Shown piece after piece: positions 45,471-56,473 of a stretch of DNA of 64,000 bases (position 1 is the first letter of the stretch; each line of letters begins with the position of its first letter). A program made the position numbers and the translations under genes. The notes under the pieces are model-generated. The model saw only the letters and a program-made list of their open reading frames with translations, was not told the DNA's origin and did not search any database. The DNA is from the human T2T-CHM13v2.0 reference genome, Homo sapiens: NCBI RefSeq assembly GCF_009914755.1, contig NC_060941.1, one strand, 5' to 3'.

Positions 45471-48400
45471 GGGTGAGGGACAGGGCTGCCTGCCAGGGCA
45501 GGTACTTCATAGAAACCAGCTCTGAGTTAGGACCCCGCCCCCATGTGAGGGTGATACCGGCCTTGGGGTCAGCCAGGGCCCCCATGTGGGTTCAGAGTTC
45601 TGTGGAGCCTTTCACCTGGAGAGTTTACATTGTGTTGGCCTAGAAGGTGGCAGTTGAAGTCACAGAAATGGAAAAGGTTGTGCAGGGACTGGGAGGTGTA
45701 AGGAGAGAAAGGGATAGAAAAGAAGGTCCTATGTGGGGGAATCTGCATTTGAGGGGTCAGAAGAGGAAGAGGGTCCCACAGAGACATGGAGAAAGAGCAG
45801 GTGGGGAGGTCAGAGCAGCTCCAGCAGGGCTGTGTCCACAAAGAAAGTTCTAGAAGGCCGTACTTAACAGCACAGAGAAAGGACATCATAAGACACCTAC
45901 ATATGTCCCCAGCTCTGCCACAAGGAGGTCAGAGGATGCTATAAAGGGCCATTTTCAGGTGCCCCCAAGTTGAGGTTGCCCTTGGTGGCTCTGGCCAGGG
46001 GCATGGTGGGAGCTGTGAGCTCGGAGCCCTGTGTCACTGCTGGGAGGCTGGGAAAGGCTGACAAACTGGACCCTTCCTCTGCCCTGCTTTTTTCTTAGAC
46101 GCATCATTTGTCCGTCCCTTCACTCTGGCTCATGGGAACCTCATCAGATACAAATGTGGCAGGGGTGGGGTGTGGGTGGACAGGACCCCCATCTGGAAGA
46201 AATCAGAAATGGTCAAGCTGATGCCTGGGGGTTGGAAGCCAGTGCACACTAGGGTCAGGCCAGACATGGGGTGAGCGTGAGCCCCATGCTCACGGGGAGG
46301 AAGGACGTGCCAGGGAGCGCCGGCGTGACATGGAGTCATGGTAGCCTTGAAAGCAGAGGCAGCGCTGTCGCCGGTAGGAGCAGGGGTCCCAGGAGCCCGC
46401 CTGGATGGCAGCTTCAAGTCAATGCTCCGCTGAGACCTTAGCTCAGCTCTGCCGGGCTGGGAGTTGAGGGATGGAGTCACACTGTTTTTGCTCCAGGAAC
46501 TGCTCAAGATGTCACTTATTTTAGGTGCTAGAACTAGATGGGGTGGCCCTGGCTGCAGGTCTCCTGGTTTGCATTTCATCTGTGTGTCTTGGGTTGGAAG
46601 GGTGCTTTTTCTTTTGTCCCGACTGCACCATGTGCCCTCACAAGGGAGAAGCAGGACGCTCCGGTTTTGCTTCCCGGGGTTGAAGCCAAGGTCCAGGGAC
46701 CTGCAAAGGCAGGGACAGAACCACAGGGGAGAGGGTGGGCCAGTGTCACAGGGGTGAAGGGCCACCCTAATGAGATGCTGCACAAGATGGGGGGTCCAGG
46801 GAGACTTTTTTTTGATGGGCATGATCTGGGTGCTGGGAACGGGCTGAAGTCTGTGTGTCCCTCCTGGTGTACACAGACGGCCTCCTACCACCAGCAGGAT
46901 GGAGGGTCGCCTTAGAGAGGTGGCCCCAGAAAGACCCAGGGACCCCAGGCCCAAAGGAAGAAAGGAGGTGACACTCTGGAAACCACTTCAGTCAAAGGCC
47001 ACACACGGAATGGGAGACTTACGCCCAGCCTGCCCTCCTGCCTTTTCCCGAACTTAATACACGTGTGCATCACGCACACACATGCAGATGCGCACACATA
47101 TGCACGTGTACACACACGTGCATGCACATACGCAGACACCCGGAGGACATAGGGTCCTCTGCAGGGAAGGCCTGAAGGTGTGCACATTTGGAGGTTGTAA
47201 TGATCTCACAGGAAGGCTGTACCTCACATAGAAAAGCCCCTCTTAAATATTGGCAGCCCACCATGTGTCAGGGACACACCTGAAACGTTCATGGCGCCAA
47301 GACCACAGGGAGGGAAGGAGAGATGCTTGCAGAGCAGAAGGACCAGGAAGTGGGGACCACCACGGGGACCTGCAGCCTGGGACCCCCGAGGAGGGTGGCA
47401 GAAACCTTGGCCGGGCGAGAGATCCGGCAGCCCCTGCCCGCCCGTGCCCACGTTGCCTCCAGGCTCCCCTTGCTGGCTGGGCCCCCAAGGTGTGAGTGCA
47501 TGGCCACGGGCTGGAACTTTCTACCCAGGTTCTCTGCCTCCTGCATGTTTGCAGGGACCCTTGCTAATGCCAAGCCCCTCTGTGGAGAGAGAGGGGTATC
47601 AGGCCCCACTCTGCAGATGCAGACACTGAGGGCCAAGGCGACTGAATGAAACATCCAGAACCATAGCCCCCTGCCCTCCTGCCCCCTCCCTCTCCCCCGC
47701 CAGGCCCACCCCTAAATGACAAGTCCCAGTGCTGCCTAGCAGGCTGGCCCGAGCCTGCGCTGGGAAATGCAGCAGGCTGGGGCAAGTATTTTTGGGTGAG
47801 AGATGGCTTTGAAAACAGTTTGAAAAACAAAAGAAAAAGCGTAGAAATAAACTTTATGCCAGCCTGCCTGGTCCTAAGGCCTCAGAAGCTGTGGGTGCTG
47901 CCTCCTGGTGGTAAGGCCTACAAACTGCACCTCTGGGACCCTTCCCCCAGGCTTGATTTTCAGACAAGGCTAGAGAATGAGCTTTTTTTTTTTTTTTTTT
48001 TTTTTTGACAAAAGCTTGTGACTAGGCCCCTTTGTTCCCAGGAAACAGCAGACAGTGAGCCGCAGGGCAGGGCCTCTCCATGCCGTGAATTCCCGCTTGT
48101 CCTTTCTCACATAATCTCAAGTGAGGCTTATTTACAGCTCCTTGTCTGCCTTCCACCGGGGTGGCACTGGAGTGCCTCCCTGGCTATTCTCACCCCACAT
48201 CTCTTGGAGATCGTTCCCTCTTAGGACACATGGCCTTGCCTCATTGGCTGGAGTGACTGCGTGGTATTCCGTCTCATGAGTGTGTCATGATGCATTTAAC
48301 CCTTCATCCCCTGTGGATGGAAGGTTAGGCTGGATCCCGTCTTTTGCAACCTGAACAATGTTGGAGAGATACCATTTGTGTGCTGGGGGAGACGCAGCCC

Positions 48401-48744
48401 TAGAAGTGAAGCTGATGCAGCAAGGGGAGCCAGGGAGGCACATTGTAAATGGTGGCGGGTGGTTCCAAATGGCTCTCGAGAGTACACTCCACCACGAATA
48501 TGTGAGGTGCCTGTGCTCCCCCCGCCCCCGACGTGACAGGTAGAAACTGATATTTTTCCTAGTTCTAATTTGCATTGATTTTCTTAGGCTAGGGATTTTG
48601 AATGACGTGTGTATCCTAAGGGCCAGGCAGGAGCTATGTTTCATTTCCCACAGAAAGCCTCAGATCACTGGCCTGGGCAGAGAGGAATGAGAAGCTGGGG
48701 CACCTTCTTCATGTCCTCAAGAGCAGCAAGTCTCTGTTCTGGTC

Positions 48745-49100
48745 ATTCAAACTCAGTGCCCTAAAAATGACCATTATGTGACCTTGCATGGCTCTGTGGG
48801 GTGGCGGGGCTCAGCTGGGTGGGTCTTCTGCTGCTCTTGCTTGGGGTCTCTTGAGAAGATGGTCCTGGGGATGAAGCCATTGGAGGCTTGGCTCTGATGC
48901 TGTGATGGTCAGGCCTCGCTTCTCCTCCAGGTGATCTCAGGGCCTGTCCCTCTCCATGGGGCCTCTCCACCTGGACGACTTGAGTGGTGCTCAAAGCTCC
49001 CAAGGGAGCAAACACCGAGGCTGTCAGGCCTTCTTGAGGCGGAGGCCCAGAGTGGCACAGCCTCACCCCCACGGCACTCTCCTGGAATGAGTCCCAGATA
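48745..49100 (-). mobile_element. Old MLT1-type LTR
   Basis: Reverse strand reads ...gctgtgccactctgggcct...cccagctgagccc...cactgagtttg, typical of an MLT1 3' portion. Confidence 0.55.
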
Positions 49101-49132
49101 GTCCACAAGGGTGTGATGTTGGGTGACCGTGC

Positions 49133-49182
49133 TCTGGGCGTGGTGGATCAGCTGCTGGACGGTGAGAGGCACTCCCTGCAGG
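49133..49182 (+). pseudogene. TBC1D26/TBC1D3-family pseudo-exon, 5'-truncated
   Basis: QLLDGERHSLQG|gtaggt versus recalled TBC1D3 WALVQLLASERHSLQG. Confidence 0.75.
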
Positions 49183-49879
49183 GTAGGTGGACGGCTGCCC
49201 CCAGGGCCTTACACAGCAAGGCCAGGGGACGGCCACCCTGGCCGGTGAGCCCGACTTCCAGGCAAGGCGCCTTCCTTGCATCCCAGCTTGTTTGGAGCCT
49301 CCAGGACATCCCTACTGAGGGTCCCACAGGAGCCTGGGTCTGGACAGGGACCCTCTCACCTCAAGTCAGACACCTTTCATCCCCAACAGCAGAGGGACTG
49401 ATACCTCCCCCTGGCTACCCTCTGTCGCCCGAAGCCAGCCCTGACTTTGTGCAGGCGCCACTCACCTTCCTGAGGGTCCACCTGCCTCCCAGCTGGCTGT
49501 GCTCCCAGCCACCCTCCCTGCACATGAATGGGCCAACGAAGTCCAGATAGCAATGTCTGCCCATCACATATCCCCCAGCCTGACCCCATATCCAGCATCC
49601 CAGCACCCACCCTGTTCTGCTGGCACCCACCTGCCTCAGCCCTGCTTCGTGGTGTCAGAGGCAGGCCTATCCTCCTGGCACCTCGACCCAGGAAGCTGCT
49701 GGGCAGCGCCTCCAGCCAGGGCCCTCCTCCCCTGGGCTGAGGCTGTGTGGTGGGGTCACTGGATGGGAGGGAGGGAGGCCTTGGGGCCCGGAGTACCCTG
49801 CCACTACCCAGCAATTCCAGCTGATGCCTCCACATCTTTGGAGTTGGGTCTGATTGGTGATGGGTTGGGGGCTTCTCAG

Positions 49880-49973
49880 TGTTCTACAGTCCAATACTGC
49901 CCAGCTCCGGAGGCTCCTATTGTACCAGGAGCAGGTGTTGCATAAGTGCTTTCTGAAGATCATGAGACACCTG
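49880..49973 (+). pseudogene. TBC1D26/TBC1D3-family pseudo-exon with 1-nt frameshift
   Basis: ctcag|TG TTC TAC AGT CCA (A)AT ACT GCC...CAC CTG|gtgagt gives VFYSP/NTAQLRRLLLYQEQVLHKCFLKIMRHL. Confidence 0.82.
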
Positions 49974-50327
49974 GTGAGTGAACGAAACCCTGGGTCCCAT
50001 GGGCCAGGGGAGACTCGAGCCCCTCCTGGGGCTGGCAAGAGGCCGCGTCCCAGCCATGGCCTGACCTGGGATGGGGATTCTCCATGAGTTGGAAGTTGGG
50101 TTTCCTTTTCTTGCCCCAGAGGATCCAGAGACGCTGGGACCAGGGCTGAGCTCTGGCTAAGCAGGGCTAAGGGAGTGTGTCCACCGGGCGTCGTGCACGG
50201 ACGTGTTGGGAGACCCCTGGCCACCACCCAGGGTTCTGCTCCTTGAGGAAGGGTCTGCAGAGGGGCCTGAAAAGGGGGATTGCAGGGCAGCTCAGGAGGC
50301 CCTGAGTACCTCTGCCTCTCCCTGCAG

Positions 50328-50393
50328 GGCAAGGAAGGACTGTGCATTGAGTGTTTCATGCTGCGGTGGCTCCTCCAGTGTTTCATTGATGGG
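50328..50393 (+). pseudogene. TBC1D26/TBC1D3-family pseudo-exon (66 bp, intact)
   Basis: ctgcag|GKEGLCIECFMLRWLLQCFIDG|gtaagg; compare TBC1D3 [22 protein letters not shown]. Confidence 0.85.
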
Positions 50394-50857
50394 GTAAGGA
50401 GGCACAGGGAGACCCCAGCCCATGGACACAGTGCCCGGCTGCCCCAGCTCAGGGGTCCAGCTCCACCAGGAGGACGTGGCTCACCCCCAGCCCGTAGGAG
50501 GCACAGGCAGGTCCCTGCATGACACACAAACCAGGCCCTGTTTGAGAGGGGGTATCCCATGGCAGAGGCCAGGGCTTAGGCCCAGCTTTATGGGCAGACT
50601 GGACCAGGACCCGACTTGGGAGGGCCCAAGGAAGCCCAAAGTCCTCAGGAAGCCCCTCCTTCCAGAAGCAACAGCGCTGCTGAGGTGGGTCCCCCATGAG
50701 GAGCTGCAGGACCTTGTCTGACCCTGCTTTATAGGGGGCTCTCATCCCATGGAGAGGTGTTCCCAGCATTCCAGGAGACTGAAACCCCAGGCGGCCCTGC
50801 TCAGGCCTCTGAGCCCAGCCCAGAAAGGCAGGTCCTCCCACACTTCCTGTCCCCACA

Positions 50858-50955
50858 AAATCCTTCGGGCTCACCCTGCAACTGTGGGATATGCTCATCT
50901 TGGAGGGCGAGCAGGTACTGTTGGGCATGGCGCATGCATCATTCAAAATACATGG
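50858..50955 (+). pseudogene. TBC-family pseudo-exon with lost AG acceptor
   Basis: ccccaca|AAA TCC TTC GGG gives KSFGLTLQLWDMLILEGEQVLLGMAHASFKIH, ending at gtaag. Contains a TBC 'LRLWD..EG'-type motif; no AG precedes the exon. Confidence 0.85.
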
Positions 50956-51326
50956 GTAAGTCCTGTGTGCCCGAGGGTGCCAGGGGGAATACACAGGACA
51001 GACCCCGGCTGGCCTGAGGGAAGTGTCCTTACACTGTCCCTATGACTCTCTGCTCTGTCTTGAAGGGGGTTCTGGTCTGGTGGGCTGGGCAAGGCACGAT
51101 GACACTGAGCCCACCCCCCACATGACCCAGATGAAAGTCAGGAGTGTGGTGAGCACTTCCCTGCCTGGCCTTCCCCAGCTGTGGCCTCCTGTGCACAGCT
51201 GGACCCCAGGGTGGCCAAGAAGGACCACACACCACCCAGTGGGAGGTGGGCCTGGTGGAAATGGGGTGCAGGCACTGATCCCCCCACAAGGGAATCCTCC
51301 TGGCCTGATACCCGCCCTGTCCCTAG

Positions 51327-51476
51327 AGTGCCTCATGAAGCTTTCCTGGAGCACCATCTGGGAGTTTCAGGAGCGACTTTTTCAGAGCTGGGCCCCGGAG
51401 GACAACGTGGTCCTCAGGAACCTTCAAACCTCCGTGAAGGAACTCACAAGGAAACACTGGGACCTGCCACCCCCAG
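51327..51476 (+). pseudogene. TBC1D26/TBC1D3-family pseudo-exon (150 bp)
   Basis: ccctag|CLMKLSWSTIWEFQERLFQSWAPEDNVVLRNLQTSVKELTRKHWDLPPP|gtgggc; compare TBC1D3 ...[22 protein letters not shown]. Confidence 0.88.
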
Positions 51477-52902
51477 GTGGGCTCCAGCACCAAGTCTCCT
51501 CCCAAGTCACCCTCTGGGGCAGTCAGTGGTGGGGAGTGCCCTGGCCCTACCAGCCCTCCTACCTGGCCTTCCTCCTGCACCTCTTCCTCCTCTACTCTAA
51601 GAAAGTAAAATGGGTCTGCCACTCCTCAGGGCAGGCACTGAGCGTGTGTGTGCGGGACATGAGGTGCAGACAGGCAGGGGCTGTGGGCAGGACCCCCCAA
51701 CTTCCCTCCCCCTCTTTCCACATTGTCCCCATCACCCCCTCAAAGGGCCCTGAAGGGCACTGGGGCAGTCAGATCCAGGTGTGGAAGACCCCACCCCTGC
51801 CTCCAAGCAGCAGGATCCCTCATTCTTGAGTGCCCCTCCAAGCCTGTCAAGACAACAAGCCAGGAGGACAAGAGAGAATCAGTGTCCCAGATCCAGAGAG
51901 GATTTGGGCAGAGGGCACGGGGGGAAGCCCTGACCCAGAGCCAGAACCAAGAGTTCAGCCGGGCATGGGATTTGTCCAGCCCTGGCATGGGGTGGACGGC
52001 CTGGAGGGCAGAGGGAAACCCGTGCCCTTCACTTCTCACCCACTGTGGAGACAGACCCCATGCGAGGTGGCAAGGGGGCTGGGTGACAGTGAAGGTCCCT
52101 TTCACCTGAGTTCTGAGTCAGGGCTGCTGAACAGCCCTGAGGTGAGGGAGGGCGTGAGGCAGGAAGCCCTGAGCCAGCCTGAAGCCTGGGAGCCGTTTCA
52201 GGACCGACCTGAGGTTCCCTGAAAGCTCCCCCACCCCAGGCTGCACACAGCCCTCACCCTGGGATCAGCAGCTTGCAGAGGTGTCCTCAGTGTCAGGCCA
52301 GAGGACACCCGGGGACCCCAGGACTCCAGAGGCCCAGGGCTGTGGGCCCAGCCCTGGAGAGGCCCCTGAGGCCTCTGACCCCACCTGTGGGTCAGAGCCT
52401 GTCCCCCAGGGCCTGAGTCCCAGGCCCAGAGGGACCTGGCTTCAACTCGAGTTGTCCTAGGAGGACAGGGGCACTGCAGATCTCCAGGTGACCACGCAGG
52501 GCACCAGGGCACTGCAAGCCCTGATGCTGTAAGGATTCACATCAGAGAACCTGGGCAAGCCAGGCCAGAGACGCTGAGCCCGTGCAGTGATGAGGATGTG
52601 GAGGGCTGGCTCAAGGGGGTCAACAGCTGTGAACACTGCTGCCTCTTCCCGGCCTCATTGTTGCAGTGCAGGCAGTCTGCACCCCGGAGCCTGGCCCAAC
52701 AGCGCCCCGAGTGCCCTAGTCCACTATGCCAACATGGTACCCGGAGGCTTCGAGGCCCTGCCTGCTGCACCACCCGCCTCCTGGAGGCCTTGTTCTGCAG
52801 CCTAGCCCCTGCCGCAGCCACAGCAGGCACCACTGCCAAGTGCCTTCCAGCCGGGCTTCCCAGAGGACAGAGGCATCCTGCAGTCATTGCCTCAGCAGCT
52901 CA

Positions 52903-53770
52903 CACTGTGAAGATAGTTTCATCCACATTCCCATGTTCCCACCAAAGAGAATCCCTGCAGAGGGTGCTCTTGATCCTGCGGTGGGGAAAACAGCACACTA
53001 GGTGGACTCAGCTCCTTTCCCTGGCCACCATGATTGCTGGATGGGCCCACAAAGCAGCCATCAGACAGGCATGTTGGGGAAGAGCCTAAGCAATCCTGCT
53101 TGTTCCCTGACCAGACCGACACCACTGCCGAGTGCCCCATCTGCTGATGAGAGATTTGGTGTCGATCCCTGGACTGGCACCATTTCCCAGGAGGAGCGGC
53201 TGGCTACCTGTGGGCAGGCTGCCCACACTGTGGAGAGGGCTGAGATCGGCCTTCACTACGGGGAGCCCCTACCTGGACATAGACTCGCCAGCCCTGCCTG
53301 TTGCCATCACAGCAGCCCACATGGCATTGCTTGTGACCAGGGTACCCCATTCACAGTGACGGACATGCAGCAGTGGCCCTTGACTAGGGAACTAACTCTT
53401 CTCGCTACGTCACCCACCGCCTGGAAGCAACTGGACTTAGGATCGCTGTTATGCTGAAGTGGTGAGGTTGTCTTACAAGATGAATTTTATCCTTTCTACT
53501 GGAAGCCAGTGTATGGTGATGACTCCCCCACAACCAGAAGGTGTAGTTCTGAGTGAAGGTGTGAAAGTGGACGATGTTCAGTGTTGCACCGAATGTCTCA
53601 GTCACAAAGTTTTCCTATTGCCTGTCCTGGAGAAATGGAACTTTGCTGGTTGGAAGGTCTTAGGACCCAGGAAGAGTGAAGCTTCCCCCAGGGGAACACA
53701 ACAATGGTTCTATTTAATATGAGGAGACAGGACTAAGTCTGAAACCTCGGGGCATTCTCTGGTGTTCTTG
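52903..53770 (+). mobile_element. Degenerate ERV-L internal remnant (RNase H end, integrase, dUTPase start)
   Basis: Frameshifted motifs in ERV-L order: TVKI..SHQR; LSLATMIAGWAH; TAECPIC; IACDQGTPFTVTDMQQW; YVTHRLEATGL; KVFLLPV..AGWKVL; LPPG/TTM. Confidence 0.75.
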
Positions 53771-54412
53771 AGTGTTTCCATGTAAAGGAAGTCAAGTAAC
53801 TTGCCACAAAGCTTTGCCACAGAAGCATCTGAAAAAGGAGGGGGCAGAACTATTCAGAACTCAGAGGTTTCAGAACCAAAGATGAGGCCGAGAAGATTCC
53901 TGACCCGCTGAGGGCAAGGGAAGTATGTGGGGGCGGCTGGGAGAGGATGTTATAGAGTCCGCCATGGCCTCGTGACCTGTCACAGAACCGTGCACTTTAA
54001 TAGCTGTGCACATCTTCTCTGCACTGATTATAGTATTTCTTTGCCTTTGCTACTCTCCACACAGGGAGCTTGCTACAAAATGCACATAACCACAGCCCGG
54101 GTCTTGCAATCCAAGCCTGGCAAGGATTCAGCATGTCAAGGGCTTCAGGTCTGAAGGTCCATGGCTGTCCTGAATCCTGGATATCACCTTCTTGCCCAAA
54201 AAAGGAGGGACGAGGCTCAAACCGCAGCAGGCCACTCACAGAAAGGGACGAAACGTTGAGTGCGTGGCCTCCCTGACACCCAGACAAGACTTTGGGCCCA
54301 AAGCCAGGCTGCAGCTCTGGCCACTGACTCAGACCAGGGACGCCCCCATGCAGGCCGGTGTCCCCTGGCCGCTCTTCTCCCTCCTGCCACCCTCTCTTCG
54401 GCTGCTTGTGTC

Positions 54413-54418
54413 AATAAA
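54413..54418 (+). terminator. Plus-strand AATAAA convergent with the USP22 end
   Basis: gtcAATAAAag; usage unproven. Confidence 0.4.
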
Positions 54419-54452
54419 AGGAAAACTGGCCAGTTCTCAGAGAAAATGTAGC

Positions 54453-54458
54453 TTTATT
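54453..54458 (-). terminator. USP22: USP22 distal poly(A) signal
   Basis: tttatt on the plus strand. Confidence 0.7.
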
Positions 54459-54599
54459 ATGACATAGGAGAGACTACAAAGCACTGGGGGGGAGGAGGAG
54501 TGACACAGCTCCTCAAAATGGAAGGGGAAAGGAAGAGTAAACATCTTGGTAAATAAAGTCTCCAACCACAGCACAGTCATTGGAATTTTTTTCTTCATT

Positions 54600-54605
54600 T
54601 TTATT
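54600..54605 (-). terminator. USP22: USP22 alternative poly(A) signal
   Basis: tttatt on the plus strand in an AU-rich context. Confidence 0.6.
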
Positions 54606-55575
54606 TTCAAACTTACAGTAAACAAAACAATCACTTAAATTGTCAAAAGAACAGCAATTTTACACAATGAAGAGCATACACACCAAGCCAAAATACAATA
54701 GCACTCAGGTCTATATGTTGCAGTGGTGCTGGCGCTGGAGGGAATGCCCAGGGAGGCTGCAGTGCTCACCACGAAGCCCAGGTCCACGGAGGGAGCCAAG
54801 GTCCACAGAGGGCCCCGGGGCCAGAGGGAGGCCGCCCACACTCCCAGCACATCACCTGCCTCAAAGCACTCCCTTCAGGCATCTGAAGAGGGAAAGGCCA
54901 TGTGTCTTCCTGGGAGGCACTGAAAGGCCAGCCAGCATCTCCAAAATGCAGGCCATTTTAACACTGCTGTGAATGTGCTGGGGTCACCAAGGGGGCCCCT
55001 TAGTGGTCAGATGCACTTTGTCACAATGTACACCTACATGGGGTGATTACTAGGCAACGGGAGGTTTCCTGAATTTCACAGCCAGATGGGGAGCTAAAAG
55101 AAATTCCTGAACCCAACGCGTAAATATTTTGTTCTGACAAAGTAAATTCACAAGAACACATCAAACACAAGACCTAATGCAAGGGGCAGTGCCAGGGCCG
55201 CCGCCGCCTCCTGTGAGCAGCTCTTCAGCAGCAGGCATCAGGTAACTGCTTAGAACGGCAATGCCACAGTGGAATAAGGGGGACTAACTTGGATACGAAA
55301 GTTTAGAATAATGCCCACCAAAAATCCATGTGACTCCATCTCTCTTCCCAGTTCTAATGTTCTCAGAACAGCAGCCACCCCTGAATGCAAGTGGAGACAG
55401 GAAGGGGACTAGGGGTTGGCCGGCGGGAGGGGAGGCAGGGTCTGGCCAAACCCAGGCAGCTGCCAGAAAGCCTTCTGCACTCCGCAAGACACCCCAGTAA
55501 ACTGGGGCGTCCCAAGGTGGCAAGCCTTCATGAAGGCACTGCCCAGCTCACAATCCTGTGGGCCAACTTCAGTCA

Positions 55576-55900
<325 letters not shown>

Positions 55901-56249
55901 GACTGCACATCCTCAAAGGAGATCTTCAAAGCACTGTCACCCAAACAGCAGAACTTGGTCACATGGGACCATTTCTGAAAATCTCGGCCCATCTCTGTTT
56001 CTCTGGTAATTCATTTTATAAAACATGCTTCCATGTGAATTCTTTAAGTGCAGAAAAACAACAGAAAATGAACAGAGCACGTGGGCAAGAAACCGCATCC
56101 CTCAGGCTTCTGCCACACATGATGGTTCTGCGGGCTGTGATTGCCAAGTCCTGTGTTTTCCACACTGAGCAGTGAGTAGCAGCTGCCACTGTCACTACCC
56201 CCTCCCCAGCCCAGCCAGCTAAGGAGCTGGGTCTGGTCCCCACCAGCTT

Positions 56250-56473
56250 CTCCATGGCCTGTGAGCTAAGAATAGGTTTCACGTTTTTAAATAGTTAAAA
56301 AAAAAATCTAAGTTTCTTGACACAGAACAATATATGTCATTCAGATTTCTGTGTCTAAAAGTTGTACTAGACACAGCCACATCTCTGTACTATTTATGGC
56401 AGAGACCATACAGCCCACAGAGCCAACAGTGTTTACTCCCTGGCTGTCTATGAAAACATCTGCCCACCGCTGA
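56250..56473. mobile_element. MER58-like hAT DNA transposon remnant in the 3'UTR
   Basis: tggcctgtgagctaagaataggtttcacgtttttaaa...gcagagaccatacagcccacagagcc. Confidence 0.6.

Noticed and set aside
46444-46480. cag|ctctgccgggctg resembling the start of TACI exon 4
   Set aside because: Similarity stops after ~15 nt and no transmembrane-coding sequence follows.
46130-46954. 274-aa minus-strand ORF
   Set aside because: Non-ATG start, no recognisable domain, GC-rich chance ORF.
49667-51829. 297-aa minus-strand and 268-aa plus-strand ORFs
   Set aside because: GC-rich intron or antisense read-through; only the 150-bp exon portion has recognisable homology.
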